Positions 42,070 to 53,279 of a stretch of 64,000 nt of DNA are shown piece after piece. A program made the translations under genes and the position numbers. Each line of letters opens with the position of its first letter. Position 1 is the first letter of the stretch. The DNA is taken from positions 3,951-67,950 of the IMG/VR virus record IMGVR_UViG_3300006092_000137. One strand, given 5' to 3'. A model generated the notes under the pieces. It did not search any database. It saw nothing but the letters and a program-made list of their open reading frames with translations, and had not been told where the DNA came from. This DNA is from a virus (Duplodnaviria > Caudoviricetes).

Positions 42070-43911
42070 ATGGGCGTGTCCATGGAGCAGCTTGTTGAGA
42101 CACAGCTGAAGGTCATCGACGCAGCGACGGGGCCTCTCACCAAAATCGGTAAGGCAGCGGAGAAGACGAGCGGCTTGTTTGAGAAGCTGGAGGGGGGCTT
42201 ACATGCCCTCCTCCCCGTTGCTGGTTCTCTCGGTGCTGCCTTCGGGATGCACCAGTTGATCTCGAACACCGAGGAATACCTGAAGCGTATCAAAGAAGTG
42301 AAGGACCTCACGGGCGCTACTGCCGGTGAGACGGACCTGCTTTTTTCCAGCGCGCGCAAAGCGGGCGTCGGGTACGACGAGATGCAGCGGGTGATGTTTC
42401 AGCTCTCCCGACGCGGTTCGATGCTGGAACAGACGATGGCCGCTTCAGCGGGCAAGGTGCCCGGTATGGCGGACAAGTTCAAGCGCCTGGGCGTGACAAT
42501 GGACAAGGGCCCGGTGAAGGCAATCACCACCATGTCCAAGGCGGTGAAGAACGGGAAGCTCGACGCTGGCGAGCTCATGTCGCAATTTCGAATCCCGCCC
42601 GGGCAGGTCAACGACTTCAAAGAGTTCCTCGAAAACCTGGACGAGAAAAAGATCGCTGCTGCTGCGAAAGGTGGTGTCGGGTTGGTGTCAGACGACGACA
42701 TCGATTCCTTCGACCGCATGGAAAAAGCGCAGCATCGAATGAGCGACGCCTGGACGCGCATGCAGGTGATGGTCGGTCGGCGGCTCATCCCAGTGATGGC
42801 AGACCTTGTGGAAAAGGTCGCCGACAAGCTGGAAAACGAGTGGCTCCCTGCTGCGGTGCGCTTCGGAGAGTTCCTCGGGAAGCACATGACCGAGATTGTC
42901 GGATTGGCGAAGACCTTCGTCGCGGTGATGACTGCAAAGAAGCTGCTCAACGTCTTGGAGAGCGTCACGAGTCCTGCCGGGCTCATCGGCAAGCTGGCTG
43001 CTGGAGGTATTGGGGGCGGTGCCAGCGGTGCGCTCGGTGGCATCGGGGCTATGGTGGGTCAAGTCGGCACCATTGTCTCCGGCTTCATGGCTGCCATTCC
43101 TGCGCTGTTGGGGATCGGTGCTGCTGTCGGCGTGATCTACCTTGGGTATCAGCGCATTCAGGCGAACGTGGATGGCATCAAAGATCGCCTGTTAAATCTG
43201 TGGGATTCGATTCGAGCTCGCTTTGAGCTCCTCGGGGAAACTGTCACAGGGATCTGGAATTCTATCTCTGGGATCTTCGGCGAAGGGGGCACCTTCACCG
43301 AGTTCATCGGAAAGCTCGCGGGTATTGGTTTCGAGTACCTCGTTACGGCTGCCGACCACTTCGTGCACGCCATTCAGACGGCGGTGAGCTTCTTCACCGA
43401 GCTCGGCGAGAACTTCAACTGGCTGATGAAAGACGTGTTTGGGGAGAATTGGTTGCATGAGCTCATCGTGGACCCGTTCCTTTCCTCGATGAAGGTAGTG
43501 GGTTCAGCGATCAGTACCATCATCGATTTCGTCATCGACAAGGCCAACATGCTGGGGAAGTACATCGGCGTCGAAATCAAGAAGGAAAACAGCATGCTGA
43601 ACCTGCTGGAAGCTCCTTTCAAGATGATCTCCCGGCACTGGGACAAGACCCAAAAAGCCACCGAAGGGCGTGCGGCGCAACTCAAGGCCGAGCGCATGGC
43701 GGAGTCCACGCAGACGCACCGTCGCGACGCTCCAGAGAAGCGCCCGCCCCCCAACCAGTACGACTTTCGAGGCAGTCGCTTCGACATCACCCAGAAGTTC
43801 GCCGAGGGTTTCGACCCCGACCGCATCGCAGTGGCCTTCGCCAACGACCTCGCTTCCCTTGGCGAGATGAAGTCTCAGTCTGGGTTCGCCCCCGTCTTCG
43901 GAGCTCGGTAA
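42070..43911 (+). CDS. tape measure protein
   Basis: helical, Ala/Gly-rich hydrophobic segments, after chaperones. Confidence 0.85.
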   Translation: MGVSMEQLVETQLKVIDAATGPLTKIGKAAEKTSGLFEKLEGGLHALLPVAGSLGAAFGMHQLISNTEEYLKRIKEVKDLTGATAGETDLLFSSARKAGVGYDEMQRVMFQLSRRGSMLEQTMAASAGKVPGMADKFKRLGVTMDKGPVKAITTMSKAVKNGKLDAGELMSQFRIPPGQVNDFKEFLENLDEKKIAAAAKGGVGLVSDDDIDSFDRMEKAQHRMSDAWTRMQVMVGRRLIPVMADLVEKVADKLENEWLPAAVRFGEFLGKHMTEIVGLAKTFVAVMTAKKLLNVLESVTSPAGLIGKLAAGGIGGGASGALGGIGAMVGQVGTIVSGFMAAIPALLGIGAAVGVIYLGYQRIQANVDGIKDRLLNLWDSIRARFELLGETVTGIWNSISGIFGEGGTFTEFIGKLAGIGFEYLVTAADHFVHAIQTAVSFFTELGENFNWLMKDVFGENWLHELIVDPFLSSMKVVGSAISTIIDFVIDKANMLGKYIGVEIKKENSMLNLLEAPFKMISRHWDKTQKATEGRAAQLKAERMAESTQTHRRDAPEKRPPPNQYDFRGSRFDITQKFAEGFDPDRIAVAFANDLASLGEMKSQSGFAPVFGAR

Positions 43912-43917
43912 TTTCTC

Positions 43918-45036
43918 ATGGGCGAACCCTCTACTTTTTCCATCGTGAACGTCACAGGGAACGAAAAGATGTCCCTGAAGCTCCGCGCTCGCGCGTTGCC
44001 ATACAAGCCCTTCACAGTTGAAGGCTCGATGCGCGCGGACATCACTTGGTATCCGGGCAACGCTGTGGGCTCGATCCAGATGATGGGCGCCGAAGAGAAG
44101 CCTTCTTCGGTCAACGGCATGTGGAAAGACCGCTTCATCAAGTCGGTCACAGACGAAGGTGGTTTGGTCAACCCCACGGGCATCGCGCTCTACAACGAGC
44201 AGCAGGTGGCTGACGTAAGGGCCTTGGCGAACGCTGTGGAGCGTATTCGTTTGGCGGGGCAGCTCTTGAGGGTCGAGTGGGGGAACATCGTTCGAGAAGG
44301 CATTCTGAGCCGTTTTCGCCAAACCTGGCATAGGGAAGAAGACCTCGAATGGGAGATGGAGTTCATTTGGAACAGTCGGGGAGAGCAGCAGGCTCCCGTT
44401 ACGCTCCCCCTTTCACCTTCTCCCGATTCTTTTGCCAAACAGCTTCGTGCTGGTTTGGACGCTCTGAAAAACGCGCTCACCCCACCTGAATTTCCTGTGC
44501 TGGAGGAGTTTTCAGCAGCCATCGATACAGCGGTCCAGGAAATCGATGATGCGGTTCTGGAGGTAGAAAACGCGGTTAAGAACACCGTGTCACAGATCAC
44601 CTCCCCTCTCGATGCAGCAGAGCGCGCACTGGCAGCTACAGAGACCATTGCCACGGCGGCTTCTTCAATCGTGACGACGTGTGCTTCGTTTCCCCCGGTA
44701 GCGATCGTCAAGACCCAAAATATTCTCACCCTCGGGCTGAGCGATGCATTGGTGGCCAGCAATTACATGCGGGAGATCGCAGAGGAAGCGAAGGACATTC
44801 AGCTCACGGCAAGCGACCAGGCAAACACGCTCCGCACCACAGCGCGCCAAGAGACGCTACTCGCCAGCTTTGTCGCACGAGCCCCGATTGACCTGCGCGA
44901 CGTTTCGCAGAAGTACTACGGCACCCCCGACGAATGGCGGCGCCTCTTGCAGTACAACGACTTCGAAAGCTCAGAGGTGGCAGCAGGCGACCTTGTCTTG
45001 GTACCGAAAATCACCTTCGCTGATGGGCGGGTGTGA
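43918..45036 (+). CDS. tail tube initiator/baseplate protein with LysM-like C-terminus
   Basis: DLRDVSQKYYGTPDEWRRLLQYN...AGDLVLVP. Confidence 0.7.
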   Translation: MGEPSTFSIVNVTGNEKMSLKLRARALPYKPFTVEGSMRADITWYPGNAVGSIQMMGAEEKPSSVNGMWKDRFIKSVTDEGGLVNPTGIALYNEQQVADVRALANAVERIRLAGQLLRVEWGNIVREGILSRFRQTWHREEDLEWEMEFIWNSRGEQQAPVTLPLSPSPDSFAKQLRAGLDALKNALTPPEFPVLEEFSAAIDTAVQEIDDAVLEVENAVKNTVSQITSPLDAAERALAATETIATAASSIVTTCASFPPVAIVKTQNILTLGLSDALVASNYMREIAEEAKDIQLTASDQANTLRTTARQETLLASFVARAPIDLRDVSQKYYGTPDEWRRLLQYNDFESSEVAAGDLVLVPKITFADGRV

Positions 45037-46766
45037 TGGCCATTTTTTACCCAAGCGTGGCCGTCAACCTCATCATTCGCTTCGATGAAGCGTTGTTGAA
45101 CGGCTCGACGCCATCACCAAAAACGGCTACCGAAGGAGCCACTGCGCAGCTCGGGGGTTTGGGGTCTGCGGCTGCCAAAGCGGCGCTCCTGGACGGGGCC
45201 TCAGACTCCCTCACGCACGTCGTGGCACTTATTCCGAAGTCGGCAACCATTGAGCTCCCAACGTTCCGCCAAGCCCCAAAGTTCAACCTCACGTTCAGCT
45301 TCCGAGACCTGCCGATGGACCCTCGGGCCATCCGAGCCCTCGGGGTGGAGGTTTACATTGGTACGGTGAACGGTTCTGACTGGGCGCGCGGCATGCGGGG
45401 CGAACGCGACGGTGCTCGGTTGGCGAGCCAGATCGTGCTCAAAGACGAGAACATGATGCTCGCGGGCGTCGTGGATAGCCTAACTGTTGAGCATGGAGAC
45501 AAAGGTTCAGAAGTGGTGATGGAGGGCAAAGGGCTTTCGGGGCTCTTGCTCGCAGCGAAGGTTGACGCGCAGCAGCTCAAAAAGCTCAATCTTGATCAGC
45601 CAATCAACGAAGTCGTTGCACAATTGCTGAGCATGGACGCCCAGGGGAAGAAGATCCCTATTCGCGTTTCGAGCGAAGACTGGCCAAACGGGGTGCCTAA
45701 ACCCACCGCAAAGGAACTGGTAACGCGCATCAACAAGGGGCTCGACGGGCAAAAAGCGAACCTCCCGATGAAGGGCAACCCGAATTCGGTTGCAGTTTGG
45801 GATGTGATTACCAACTTCTGCAACGTCGTCGGGGCGGTGCCTTATTTCATCGCACACGAGCTTTGGATTCGCCCTGTGCGCAGCATCTACGAACAGAAGA
45901 ACGCAGGCTATCTGAACTCTCCGCCGACACCATTCAAAGGCGGGAGGCCCCGCGACGTTAAGACCGGCAACACCACCACGAGCATCAGTTTTCGCAAGAT
46001 GGTCTACGGGCGCAACCTGAGCTCGCTGCGCTTCGAGCGCAAGTTCGGGGCCACTACGGTGCCTGCAATTCGCTGTGTTTCTGTGGACACCAGCTCAACG
46101 TTCAAGGGCAAAGATCGTCTGCTTGAAGTGGTAGTTCCTGACCCTAACGACAAAGCAGCGCGCACGACCGCAGTAGACCCCTCAGGTAAGGCTTCACGCA
46201 CGGAGATCGCAACCATTCCGGTGCCTGGAATCACAGACAAAACCCGTCTGCAAGAGATTGCCCGACAGATCTACGAGGAGATTGGGCGCGGCGAGCTTGG
46301 AGGAAACGCCAGCTCCAAGTCGCTCGCTTCGCTTGGCGGAGACAACGACGACGCGGATATTCTGCGCCTACGCCCTGGGGACCCTATCGAATTCTTGGTG
46401 GACGCAGCAGGAGTGCAGGGGCTACCACCTGTCATTTCTGAGCTGAACAGTGATGCTGCGGAGTCCGTACAAGAAGCGGTTGCCCGGGTGACGCAAAAGC
46501 TTGGCGGGCGGAAGGAGCTTGCGCAGGTGTTGGTCGGTACGGCTCGTGGAACGTTCAATGCCTTGCAGAACGTTTTTCGGGTAAACAACGTGCGGTATGG
46601 GTGGGACCTCGACAAGGGCATCACAGTGGATTTCGACTTCCACAACTACATCCAGGCCCGTTACGACTTGTCGGGAAAAACAGGCGATGGGGAAGTGGGT
46701 GACTTCACCTCCAAGCCCAACAACACCCAAGGCTACGGCACCTCCAGCGGGGGCTCTTTGGCATGA
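45036..46766 (+). CDS. baseplate hub (gpD-like)
   Basis: position; ARQIYEEIGRGELGG...LRPGD. Confidence 0.65.
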   Translation: MAIFYPSVAVNLIIRFDEALLNGSTPSPKTATEGATAQLGGLGSAAAKAALLDGASDSLTHVVALIPKSATIELPTFRQAPKFNLTFSFRDLPMDPRAIRALGVEVYIGTVNGSDWARGMRGERDGARLASQIVLKDENMMLAGVVDSLTVEHGDKGSEVVMEGKGLSGLLLAAKVDAQQLKKLNLDQPINEVVAQLLSMDAQGKKIPIRVSSEDWPNGVPKPTAKELVTRINKGLDGQKANLPMKGNPNSVAVWDVITNFCNVVGAVPYFIAHELWIRPVRSIYEQKNAGYLNSPPTPFKGGRPRDVKTGNTTTSISFRKMVYGRNLSSLRFERKFGATTVPAIRCVSVDTSSTFKGKDRLLEVVVPDPNDKAARTTAVDPSGKASRTEIATIPVPGITDKTRLQEIARQIYEEIGRGELGGNASSKSLASLGGDNDDADILRLRPGDPIEFLVDAAGVQGLPPVISELNSDAAESVQEAVARVTQKLGGRKELAQVLVGTARGTFNALQNVFRVNNVRYGWDLDKGITVDFDFHNYIQARYDLSGKTGDGEVGDFTSKPNNTQGYGTSSGGSLA

Positions 46767-47548
46767 CCTTGCGGCGCACACGCATTGGCACCACCCCCGA
46801 TATGCTGCGCGTCAGCGCGGCTGTGGAGCGCCCGGGTATCGACCCTCGCATTTGGATCTCCATCGGTTACGCAGTGGGGGAGTCGAAACTCGACGCAGAA
46901 CACGGGGACTTCGTAGAAGTGGTGTTGCTCCCTTCGCAGCTGGAGCTGACTTGCCGCGTGCCTCAAGACTACGCGGGAGCACAGTTTGGCTCGAATGCTG
47001 GGCGCATTCACAAAGACGACGAAGTGCTGGTGCTCATTCCAGATGGGGACCCCGCACACGGCGGTACGGTCATCGCGCGGTATTGGAGCGCCTCGGATAA
47101 GCCCCCAGCGCTGGCCACCAGCAACCCCAAAGACTGGGTGCTTGAGCTCGAAAAAGACCTCAACTGGCGCACCAAGCTCAATGGCGCGGGCAAAGCGTAC
47201 CTGGAAGCTGAAACAACCACGCTTCAAACCGGGAAGGTACGCCTGGGTGCGGAAGACGCAACCGAAGCAGTGATCTTGGGAACGTCCTACCGCAACGCAC
47301 AAGCACAGTTGGACACGCAGGTGAATGCGGCACTCGCGCAGCTCACGTCCGCTGGTGCGCAGATGGCGGCGGCTGCCCCGCTTTTGATGATTCCAGTGGC
47401 AGGCCCAATCATGGCTTCGCCGTTGTTCCTCGCAGCAAGTACGTTCATCACCGCTGCTGCGGCGCAGATGACCACAGCATTCACGCAGTTTGAAACTGCG
47501 CTTTCCGCAATCAACAACGGGCTCTCAGCCGTTTCGAAGACGAAGTAG
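46763..47548 (+). CDS. baseplate central spike (gpV/gp45-like)
   Basis: OB-fold-like DDEVLVLIPDGDPAHG; VRLG...AVILG. Confidence 0.7.
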   Translation: MTLRRTRIGTTPDMLRVSAAVERPGIDPRIWISIGYAVGESKLDAEHGDFVEVVLLPSQLELTCRVPQDYAGAQFGSNAGRIHKDDEVLVLIPDGDPAHGGTVIARYWSASDKPPALATSNPKDWVLELEKDLNWRTKLNGAGKAYLEAETTTLQTGKVRLGAEDATEAVILGTSYRNAQAQLDTQVNAALAQLTSAGAQMAAAAPLLMIPVAGPIMASPLFLAASTFITAAAAQMTTAFTQFETALSAINNGLSAVSKTK

Positions 47549-47556
47549 GAGGCACC

Positions 47557-47901
47557 ATGGCAGCTGTTTCTGTCACGACCGCTGAAGCTACCGCCGCTGC
47601 GGCGCTTCAAACGCTGCTCGCCGACGCCCTGAAAGACGGCACCAGCGGTGGTGTCACCATTGTTGCCCCAATTCCGCTGACGGCCATTCCTCAGTCGCTG
47701 CTGGACCTCTACAAAATCGTGGCGATGATGACGATTCGCGCATGCAGCCAGCTACCGGTTTACACGGTGGGCACACTGCCAACTGTCACCAATCGAACGG
47801 GGCAGATGATCTACGTCTCCGACGAAGCAGGCGGAGCTGTCCCAGCTTTTTGTGATGGAACCAACTGGCGTCGTGTAACCGACCGCGCAATTGTCAGCTA
47901 A
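47557..47901 (+). CDS. small virion protein with fibre-type C-terminal module
   Basis: LPVYTVGTLP...IYVSDEAGGAVPAFCDGTNWRRV. Confidence 0.6.
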   Translation: MAAVSVTTAEATAAAALQTLLADALKDGTSGGVTIVAPIPLTAIPQSLLDLYKIVAMMTIRACSQLPVYTVGTLPTVTNRTGQMIYVSDEAGGAVPAFCDGTNWRRVTDRAIVS

Positions 47902-47903
47902 CC

Positions 47904-49034
47904 ATGGCCGCGACCTACCTCGACTTCTCGGAGTTCCCTCTCAACGTCATCGCTGGCGTTCAGTTTCAGTTCTGCGTTACCGCCCGGAACGCTGACGGCA
48001 CCGTAGACGCTGGGTTCGCGGGCACCGTGACGTTCACCAGCACTGATACGGGTGCCACCATTCCTGCTGCTTACGCTTTCACGGGAGGCGATGCAGGCAC
48101 AAAGCTGTTCCGAGCACGGCTCATTTCCACAGGCTCCCGTCAGGTTGTCGCGACGTCTGGGGGGCTCACCAAGTTTACAGCCACGACGCAAGTGCTCACT
48201 CGCCCGCCTGGGTGGGGCTTCGATGATGAGGGCATTTTGCCCTACGGCGATGCGGCTGCCGGTATCGGCGCAAGCATCAGAGAAGCTCGGGCTGTTTCCA
48301 CACGAGAAGTGGTGGTGACGGTCAGCAATTTGGTCCAAGACAATAGTCCCTTCCTCGAAGGCGATGCGTTGAACCCCTCCACCTGGGTGGTGCAGCGACT
48401 CGACACCGCTGAATTCTTGCATGTGGTGGCGGTGACGCAGACGGGTACCTACCAATACACCCTGCTTTGCCTCGAAGAGTTTGGTCCGGTTGGTGTCACG
48501 CACCGTGCGAGCTCGTCCAAGCTGAAGGATCTGGCAGGGGTGCTGATTACGTCACCTCGACAAGCGGACTTCCTAGGCATTTTGGACGAGGACAAAGACT
48601 CGTTCAGTGACCGCCTGGCGAAGCAGCGGGTGGCCGCGCGCGACATCGCCAACATCCAAAACCAGCGGAGCCCCTTTGAGGCTGCGACACTGCGCGTTGG
48701 GGCAGACGGGGACTACGTGCTGGAGACGAGCAAGAGCCTGCTCAAGAAGCTCATTTTGCGAAGGCTCATGACCACCCCTGGAGACTTCTTCCACCTCCCA
48801 AACTACGGGGTGGGAATTCGCATCAAAGAGCCGATTCCAGCGGCGGACCTCGGGCGCTTGAAGACGGCCATTGAGCAGCAGGTGCTTCGCGAGCCTGAGA
48901 TTCAATCGGTCAACTGCACGCTCAGTTTGGCAGCCACGGGGGTGCTTACCGTGAAGGTAGCTGCGGTGGAGAAGGCGACCGGGGAAGAGGTCGAGGTGGG
49001 TTACAAGACGGAAGCAACAGGCGTCGTGTTATGA
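47904..49034 (+). CDS. baseplate wedge protein (Ig-like N-terminus, gp25/gpW-like C-terminus)
   Basis: LILRRLMTTPGDFFHLPNYGVGI...IEQQVLREPEI. Confidence 0.75.
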   Translation: MAATYLDFSEFPLNVIAGVQFQFCVTARNADGTVDAGFAGTVTFTSTDTGATIPAAYAFTGGDAGTKLFRARLISTGSRQVVATSGGLTKFTATTQVLTRPPGWGFDDEGILPYGDAAAGIGASIREARAVSTREVVVTVSNLVQDNSPFLEGDALNPSTWVVQRLDTAEFLHVVAVTQTGTYQYTLLCLEEFGPVGVTHRASSSKLKDLAGVLITSPRQADFLGILDEDKDSFSDRLAKQRVAARDIANIQNQRSPFEAATLRVGADGDYVLETSKSLLKKLILRRLMTTPGDFFHLPNYGVGIRIKEPIPAADLGRLKTAIEQQVLREPEIQSVNCTLSLAATGVLTVKVAAVEKATGEEVEVGYKTEATGVVL

Positions 49035-49046
49035 GGAGGCACTCCT

Positions 49047-50258
49047 TTGGCTGATTTTCCAACATTCAACGACCTGTTTCGGGTGGGCCGCGACGAGATC
49101 TTGCTTCGTAACGCGAGCATCAGCCGAGATGCAGTCGAACGCGAAGGCATGGACGCCAATGTCATCGTGGCGTCTTCGGCTGCTGTTGGCGACCAAGTTG
49201 TTGGGCAGCTTTCCAAAGTAGAAGCAGCACTGTTCTTGGACAGCGCAAAGGGTGCGGCGCTCGACCGGTTGGTGTTTGACCGGTACGGCATGATCCGAAA
49301 GCCCGCTGCTGCCAGCGTCGGCACGGTGCAATTTGCCACAACGCTCCCAGCGGGCGTGACCTTCACCATTCCGGTTGGTATCCGTCTTGCCACGCCTGAC
49401 GGCACCCAGTTTGTCACCGACGAATCGGTCGTGTTCACCGCTGCAACGGTTGGTCCAGTAGCTTGCGCGGTGCGAAGTGTACTTGCGGGCGGCTCCCAGA
49501 ACGTGAAGGCGGGCCAGATCACCAGCTTGGTCACTTCAATCACCAGCCAACCCTCCGACTTGGTGGTGAGCAACCCCTTCGCCACAGCAGGCGGAGACGA
49601 CGCAGAAGACGACGACAGCCTTCGAGATCGTGCTCGACGCTTCTTCACGACGGTGCGCAGGGGCACGCTTGGAGCCCTCGAAGAGGCCGCGCTTGGGGTG
49701 CCTGGCGTGCGCAAGGCAAAGGCTTTTGAGGTGGTGGATGCCCTCGGGCGCCCCGCGCGGGTTGTGCAGCTTGTCATCGCTGACAGCTTCACAGAGCAAT
49801 TCGTAGACTTCACGACGGTGCCGCCGCGCTACCAAGTGCAGAGTCAGCTCTTGTCTACGACGGTTTTCAACGCGCTCGCGGAGGTACGCCCGGCAGGTAC
49901 ATTCGTCGATGTGATTGTCGGCAACGTCATCCTGCAGAGCTTCCAGCTCGCGTTGTCGTTCAACGCAGGGGCAGACGTAAACAGTGCGGCGCTTCAAGCG
50001 CGCGCGGCCATTGTCGCTTACGTGAATTCGCTTGTGCCTGGAGCTCCAATCGTGTTGGAGGACGCATTGAAGCTGTTGGTGAACGTGCCTGGCTTGGCCA
50101 CCAACGGGAACAACATTGTCAGCCCTGCGGGCAACGTTGTCCCTCGTGCAACGCAGGTACTCCGCACGAGCCTTGCTCTTGTGACTGCGATTTCGGCTCA
50201 AACCAATCAGCCAATCATCACCGGCACTAACCCGGACGCATACATTTTGGCTGCCTGA
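49047..50258 (+). CDS. baseplate J-like protein
   Basis: LFLDSAKGAALD, RKPAAASVG, GGDDAEDDDSLRDR. Confidence 0.9.
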   Translation: MADFPTFNDLFRVGRDEILLRNASISRDAVEREGMDANVIVASSAAVGDQVVGQLSKVEAALFLDSAKGAALDRLVFDRYGMIRKPAAASVGTVQFATTLPAGVTFTIPVGIRLATPDGTQFVTDESVVFTAATVGPVACAVRSVLAGGSQNVKAGQITSLVTSITSQPSDLVVSNPFATAGGDDAEDDDSLRDRARRFFTTVRRGTLGALEEAALGVPGVRKAKAFEVVDALGRPARVVQLVIADSFTEQFVDFTTVPPRYQVQSQLLSTTVFNALAEVRPAGTFVDVIVGNVILQSFQLALSFNAGADVNSAALQARAAIVAYVNSLVPGAPIVLEDALKLLVNVPGLATNGNNIVSPAGNVVPRATQVLRTSLALVTAISAQTNQPIITGTNPDAYILAA

Positions 50259-50272
50259 TTCGGAGGCTGTGA

Positions 50273-51766
50273 ATGGGAAGCATCACTCAAATTGATCCAT
50301 CGCCAACTTGGCCGAACAAGCTTCGGCTCACGTCGGACACCGCACTCAACCCTGTAGGGTTCTCCGGCACCTGGGTGATTGGGAACCCCACCTGGGTGTT
50401 ACAGCACTCTTTGAATGCGCAACAGGCAGCTCTTGGAGACAACCAAAACGGGCAGTTTCCAGTCATCGTTCCTGGGTCGTCCGACTTGCAGTTTGAGCTG
50501 GCATTTGGGCAGCAGGGCCCAAACCTTGGATCTGTGTACTTCGCTTGGAACCTCGATGAGACTTCGGGCACCACCTGCGAATCAGGTTCCACACCCGTCA
50601 ACGACCTGACAGCGAACGGCGGGGACCCAGATGGTGTTGAGATCGTAGACGGTGCTTGGCAAAAAGCCCGTCGCTTCTCCGGTGACACCGCTGAAGTGCT
50701 TCAGAGCGACGCTACTCCAGGAGGCTTCGGCATCAATGGGGAGGCTGCTTTTGCAGCATTTGTGCTGCTCGAAGGAGGCCGCACCGACCCTGCAACGATT
50801 TGCTCAATCCAAGGCGACCCTTCCAACATGGCGGACGGCGCGGATAACGAGCAGTTTCGCGTCCAAATCGAGACCGATGGGACCATCACTTGGGCCTGGG
50901 AACACGGCACGCGCGTGCTTGAAACTGGCACCACGACCAGAGGTTTGCAGGTAGGGCGCGGTGTGTTTTTGATCGTGCGGCGCGATGGCAGCAACGACGT
51001 GTCGGTCATCGTGAACGGTGAGGTGTGGCAGACGTGGACAAGCGTCACTCCGCCTGATGGGGGCGACTCCGCCGACATGCGCATTGGGCTCGGACGCCAA
51101 GCTGTGGACACGGTTAACCCGTTCAAGGGCATCATCGATCAGCCACAATTCGTTGCTCAGTCCCCGCTGAACGACACCCTCATTGCGCAGGCCATGCGCT
51201 TGACCGTCATGCCGATTCCCATCAACGTGCCGCTGTCCACCCAGTCACAGAGTGGGTTCAACGACATGGGCGGGAATCCCTCGACGCCCGGGTTTTTTTA
51301 CTTCATCGCCATGGCTGCTGAGTACCGCACCAAGGGCATTCTCAACACACCAGCAGCAGACTACGAATCGCTTGCGGTGCCTGATGGTTCCTCGGATGCC
51401 GTGGGCACTCCGCCAACTGTAGACGGGTTCAGCCCTGCTCTCGCGTCTGCAATTACGTCGGTGCAACCCATCTCATTCGATGTGACACGAAATTCAGGCT
51501 CAGAATTTCGACGCATCGTCGTCATGGTGTCGTTCCCATTCCTCGACATCTATGAAATTGCGCACGACGGAGATGCATTTTCGCAGAACTACCCAGCGCT
51601 GGTAGGCAACGCCAAGGCGACGGTTTCGGCTGATACCGAGTACCACTTCACTCTTCTTCGAAAGGAAGGGTGGCCAGCGAGCCCTCGTATTAGCGTTCTC
51701 GCCATCGACGACGCTGGAGGCATCACCGACATCACCTCTGTTATCTACGCTTGGACCCTGATCTAA
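50273..51766 (+). CDS. LamG/ConA-like domain tail protein
   Basis: WNLDETSGTT, ARRFSG, FKGIIDQ. Confidence 0.7.
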   Translation: MGSITQIDPSPTWPNKLRLTSDTALNPVGFSGTWVIGNPTWVLQHSLNAQQAALGDNQNGQFPVIVPGSSDLQFELAFGQQGPNLGSVYFAWNLDETSGTTCESGSTPVNDLTANGGDPDGVEIVDGAWQKARRFSGDTAEVLQSDATPGGFGINGEAAFAAFVLLEGGRTDPATICSIQGDPSNMADGADNEQFRVQIETDGTITWAWEHGTRVLETGTTTRGLQVGRGVFLIVRRDGSNDVSVIVNGEVWQTWTSVTPPDGGDSADMRIGLGRQAVDTVNPFKGIIDQPQFVAQSPLNDTLIAQAMRLTVMPIPINVPLSTQSQSGFNDMGGNPSTPGFFYFIAMAAEYRTKGILNTPAADYESLAVPDGSSDAVGTPPTVDGFSPALASAITSVQPISFDVTRNSGSEFRRIVVMVSFPFLDIYEIAHDGDAFSQNYPALVGNAKATVSADTEYHFTLLRKEGWPASPRISVLAIDDAGGITDITSVIYAWTLI

Positions 51767-51773
51767 AACCCCG

Positions 51774-53276
51774 ATGACGACAGCCACCAAATGGTCGTTA
51801 CTCACCCCACCAACCTTGGTGGGTAGTACCACTACGGCTGCGCCTTCCTTACCGGGTCCCATTATTGGGTACACCCAGCAGGCACTGCTCGACATGTTCG
51901 ATCGGCTGTTGCCGGACCATTACCTCACCCCGCTGAAATCACCCGGGCCTGGGTACGAAGTCTTTCAGATGCTGGCAAAGGTCGGAGAGCGGTACTCCCT
52001 GTCGGTGGAGCGTTTCGCAAGTGCCGCATTCATTTTGTCGGCAGCTGGTGGAGCGTTTGCGACTGGTTCGGTGGAGCTCTATCGAGCAGCCCCTCACCCA
52101 GACGGCATTTCTGTCACGGTGAAAGCAGGAACCATCGTGAAGTCGAGTCGTGGCGGGCGGCGCTACCTCACCACGGCTGATGTGCTTTTCGGTCCCACGG
52201 ACTTGGGTCCGTTCCTGGTGGGGGTGAAAGCAGAGGCTCAAGGGTACGAGTACAATGAGCCCGGTATTCTGGTTACGCCCAGCGGCATCTCCCTCGAAGG
52301 AGAAATCGATACCATCGACGTGCTTGTTGAGCAGTCTCCCAGTCAGCCGCTCGCCAATACTGGTACCGCGACGGTGACCTTCGGGGCGCCGTCAGGCGTA
52401 AATCAGCTCGTGAGCAGCATGACGGGAGCTTCATTTTCCCCAGACTCCGTGGGGCGTTTTGTCACCTTCACGGGGGCGGCCAATGCGGCCAACGATGGCA
52501 ACAAACCCATCGTGCAGTACGTTTCCGCTGAATCGGTTTGGGTGCAAAATGCCCTCGGCGTTGCTGAGGTTTCCACTCCAAGCGTCAATTGGCAGGAGTA
52601 CTCTGCTGCGACGGACCTTGGCGATCTGACGATTCAGGTGCGGCAACCACAGCCGACTTCTGGCGGACAGGACGCGTCGCTCGACGCGCACGGTAAAGAC
52701 CGGAACATTCTACGTGGCGTTGGTGAAGCCGACGATTCTTATAAAGGGCGCATCCGTGCGCTGCCTGACAACATCAGCCCCAACGCGGTGGATCGCGCGC
52801 TGCAGCAGTTGCTGTTCCCTTACGGGCAGACGTACCAATTCATCGAGACGTTTGATATCGCCTACCAGACCTGCTGGGACGCGCCACGCGACCCGATTCC
52901 TGGCAGCAACTACGACCCCAACCTCTTCGTTTACGACGACCCCGATGCGGACGCTGTGCCGTTTCGGAACCGCTGGCTCGACCTGAACGACATGCGCGGT
53001 GCTTTCGTGGTGGTGGTGCCTCTGTTCACTCCCATCAGGGACCAAGGCATGTGCTTCGACTCGACGGAGACCACGTCAGGGGACTTGGTTGGACCGATTG
53101 GTACGCGCGCTTGCAACGCCTTTGATGTACCCTCCAACCTTGGCTTCGGTTGGATTCAAGGTGCATGGGACGGGTTCGACCAACCGGTGCGAACGATCTA
53201 CAAAACGACATACGACACGCTTCAAGGTATAAAGGCAGCGGGCGCGCACGTTGCCGTAGAACTCCAAGGAGAATAA
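51774..53276 (+). CDS. baseplate wedge (gpI-like) protein
   Basis: LDAHGKDRNILRGVGEADDSYKGRI motif. Confidence 0.6.
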   Translation: MTTATKWSLLTPPTLVGSTTTAAPSLPGPIIGYTQQALLDMFDRLLPDHYLTPLKSPGPGYEVFQMLAKVGERYSLSVERFASAAFILSAAGGAFATGSVELYRAAPHPDGISVTVKAGTIVKSSRGGRRYLTTADVLFGPTDLGPFLVGVKAEAQGYEYNEPGILVTPSGISLEGEIDTIDVLVEQSPSQPLANTGTATVTFGAPSGVNQLVSSMTGASFSPDSVGRFVTFTGAANAANDGNKPIVQYVSAESVWVQNALGVAEVSTPSVNWQEYSAATDLGDLTIQVRQPQPTSGGQDASLDAHGKDRNILRGVGEADDSYKGRIRALPDNISPNAVDRALQQLLFPYGQTYQFIETFDIAYQTCWDAPRDPIPGSNYDPNLFVYDDPDADAVPFRNRWLDLNDMRGAFVVVVPLFTPIRDQGMCFDSTETTSGDLVGPIGTRACNAFDVPSNLGFGWIQGAWDGFDQPVRTIYKTTYDTLQGIKAAGAHVAVELQGE

Positions 53277-53279
53277 GCG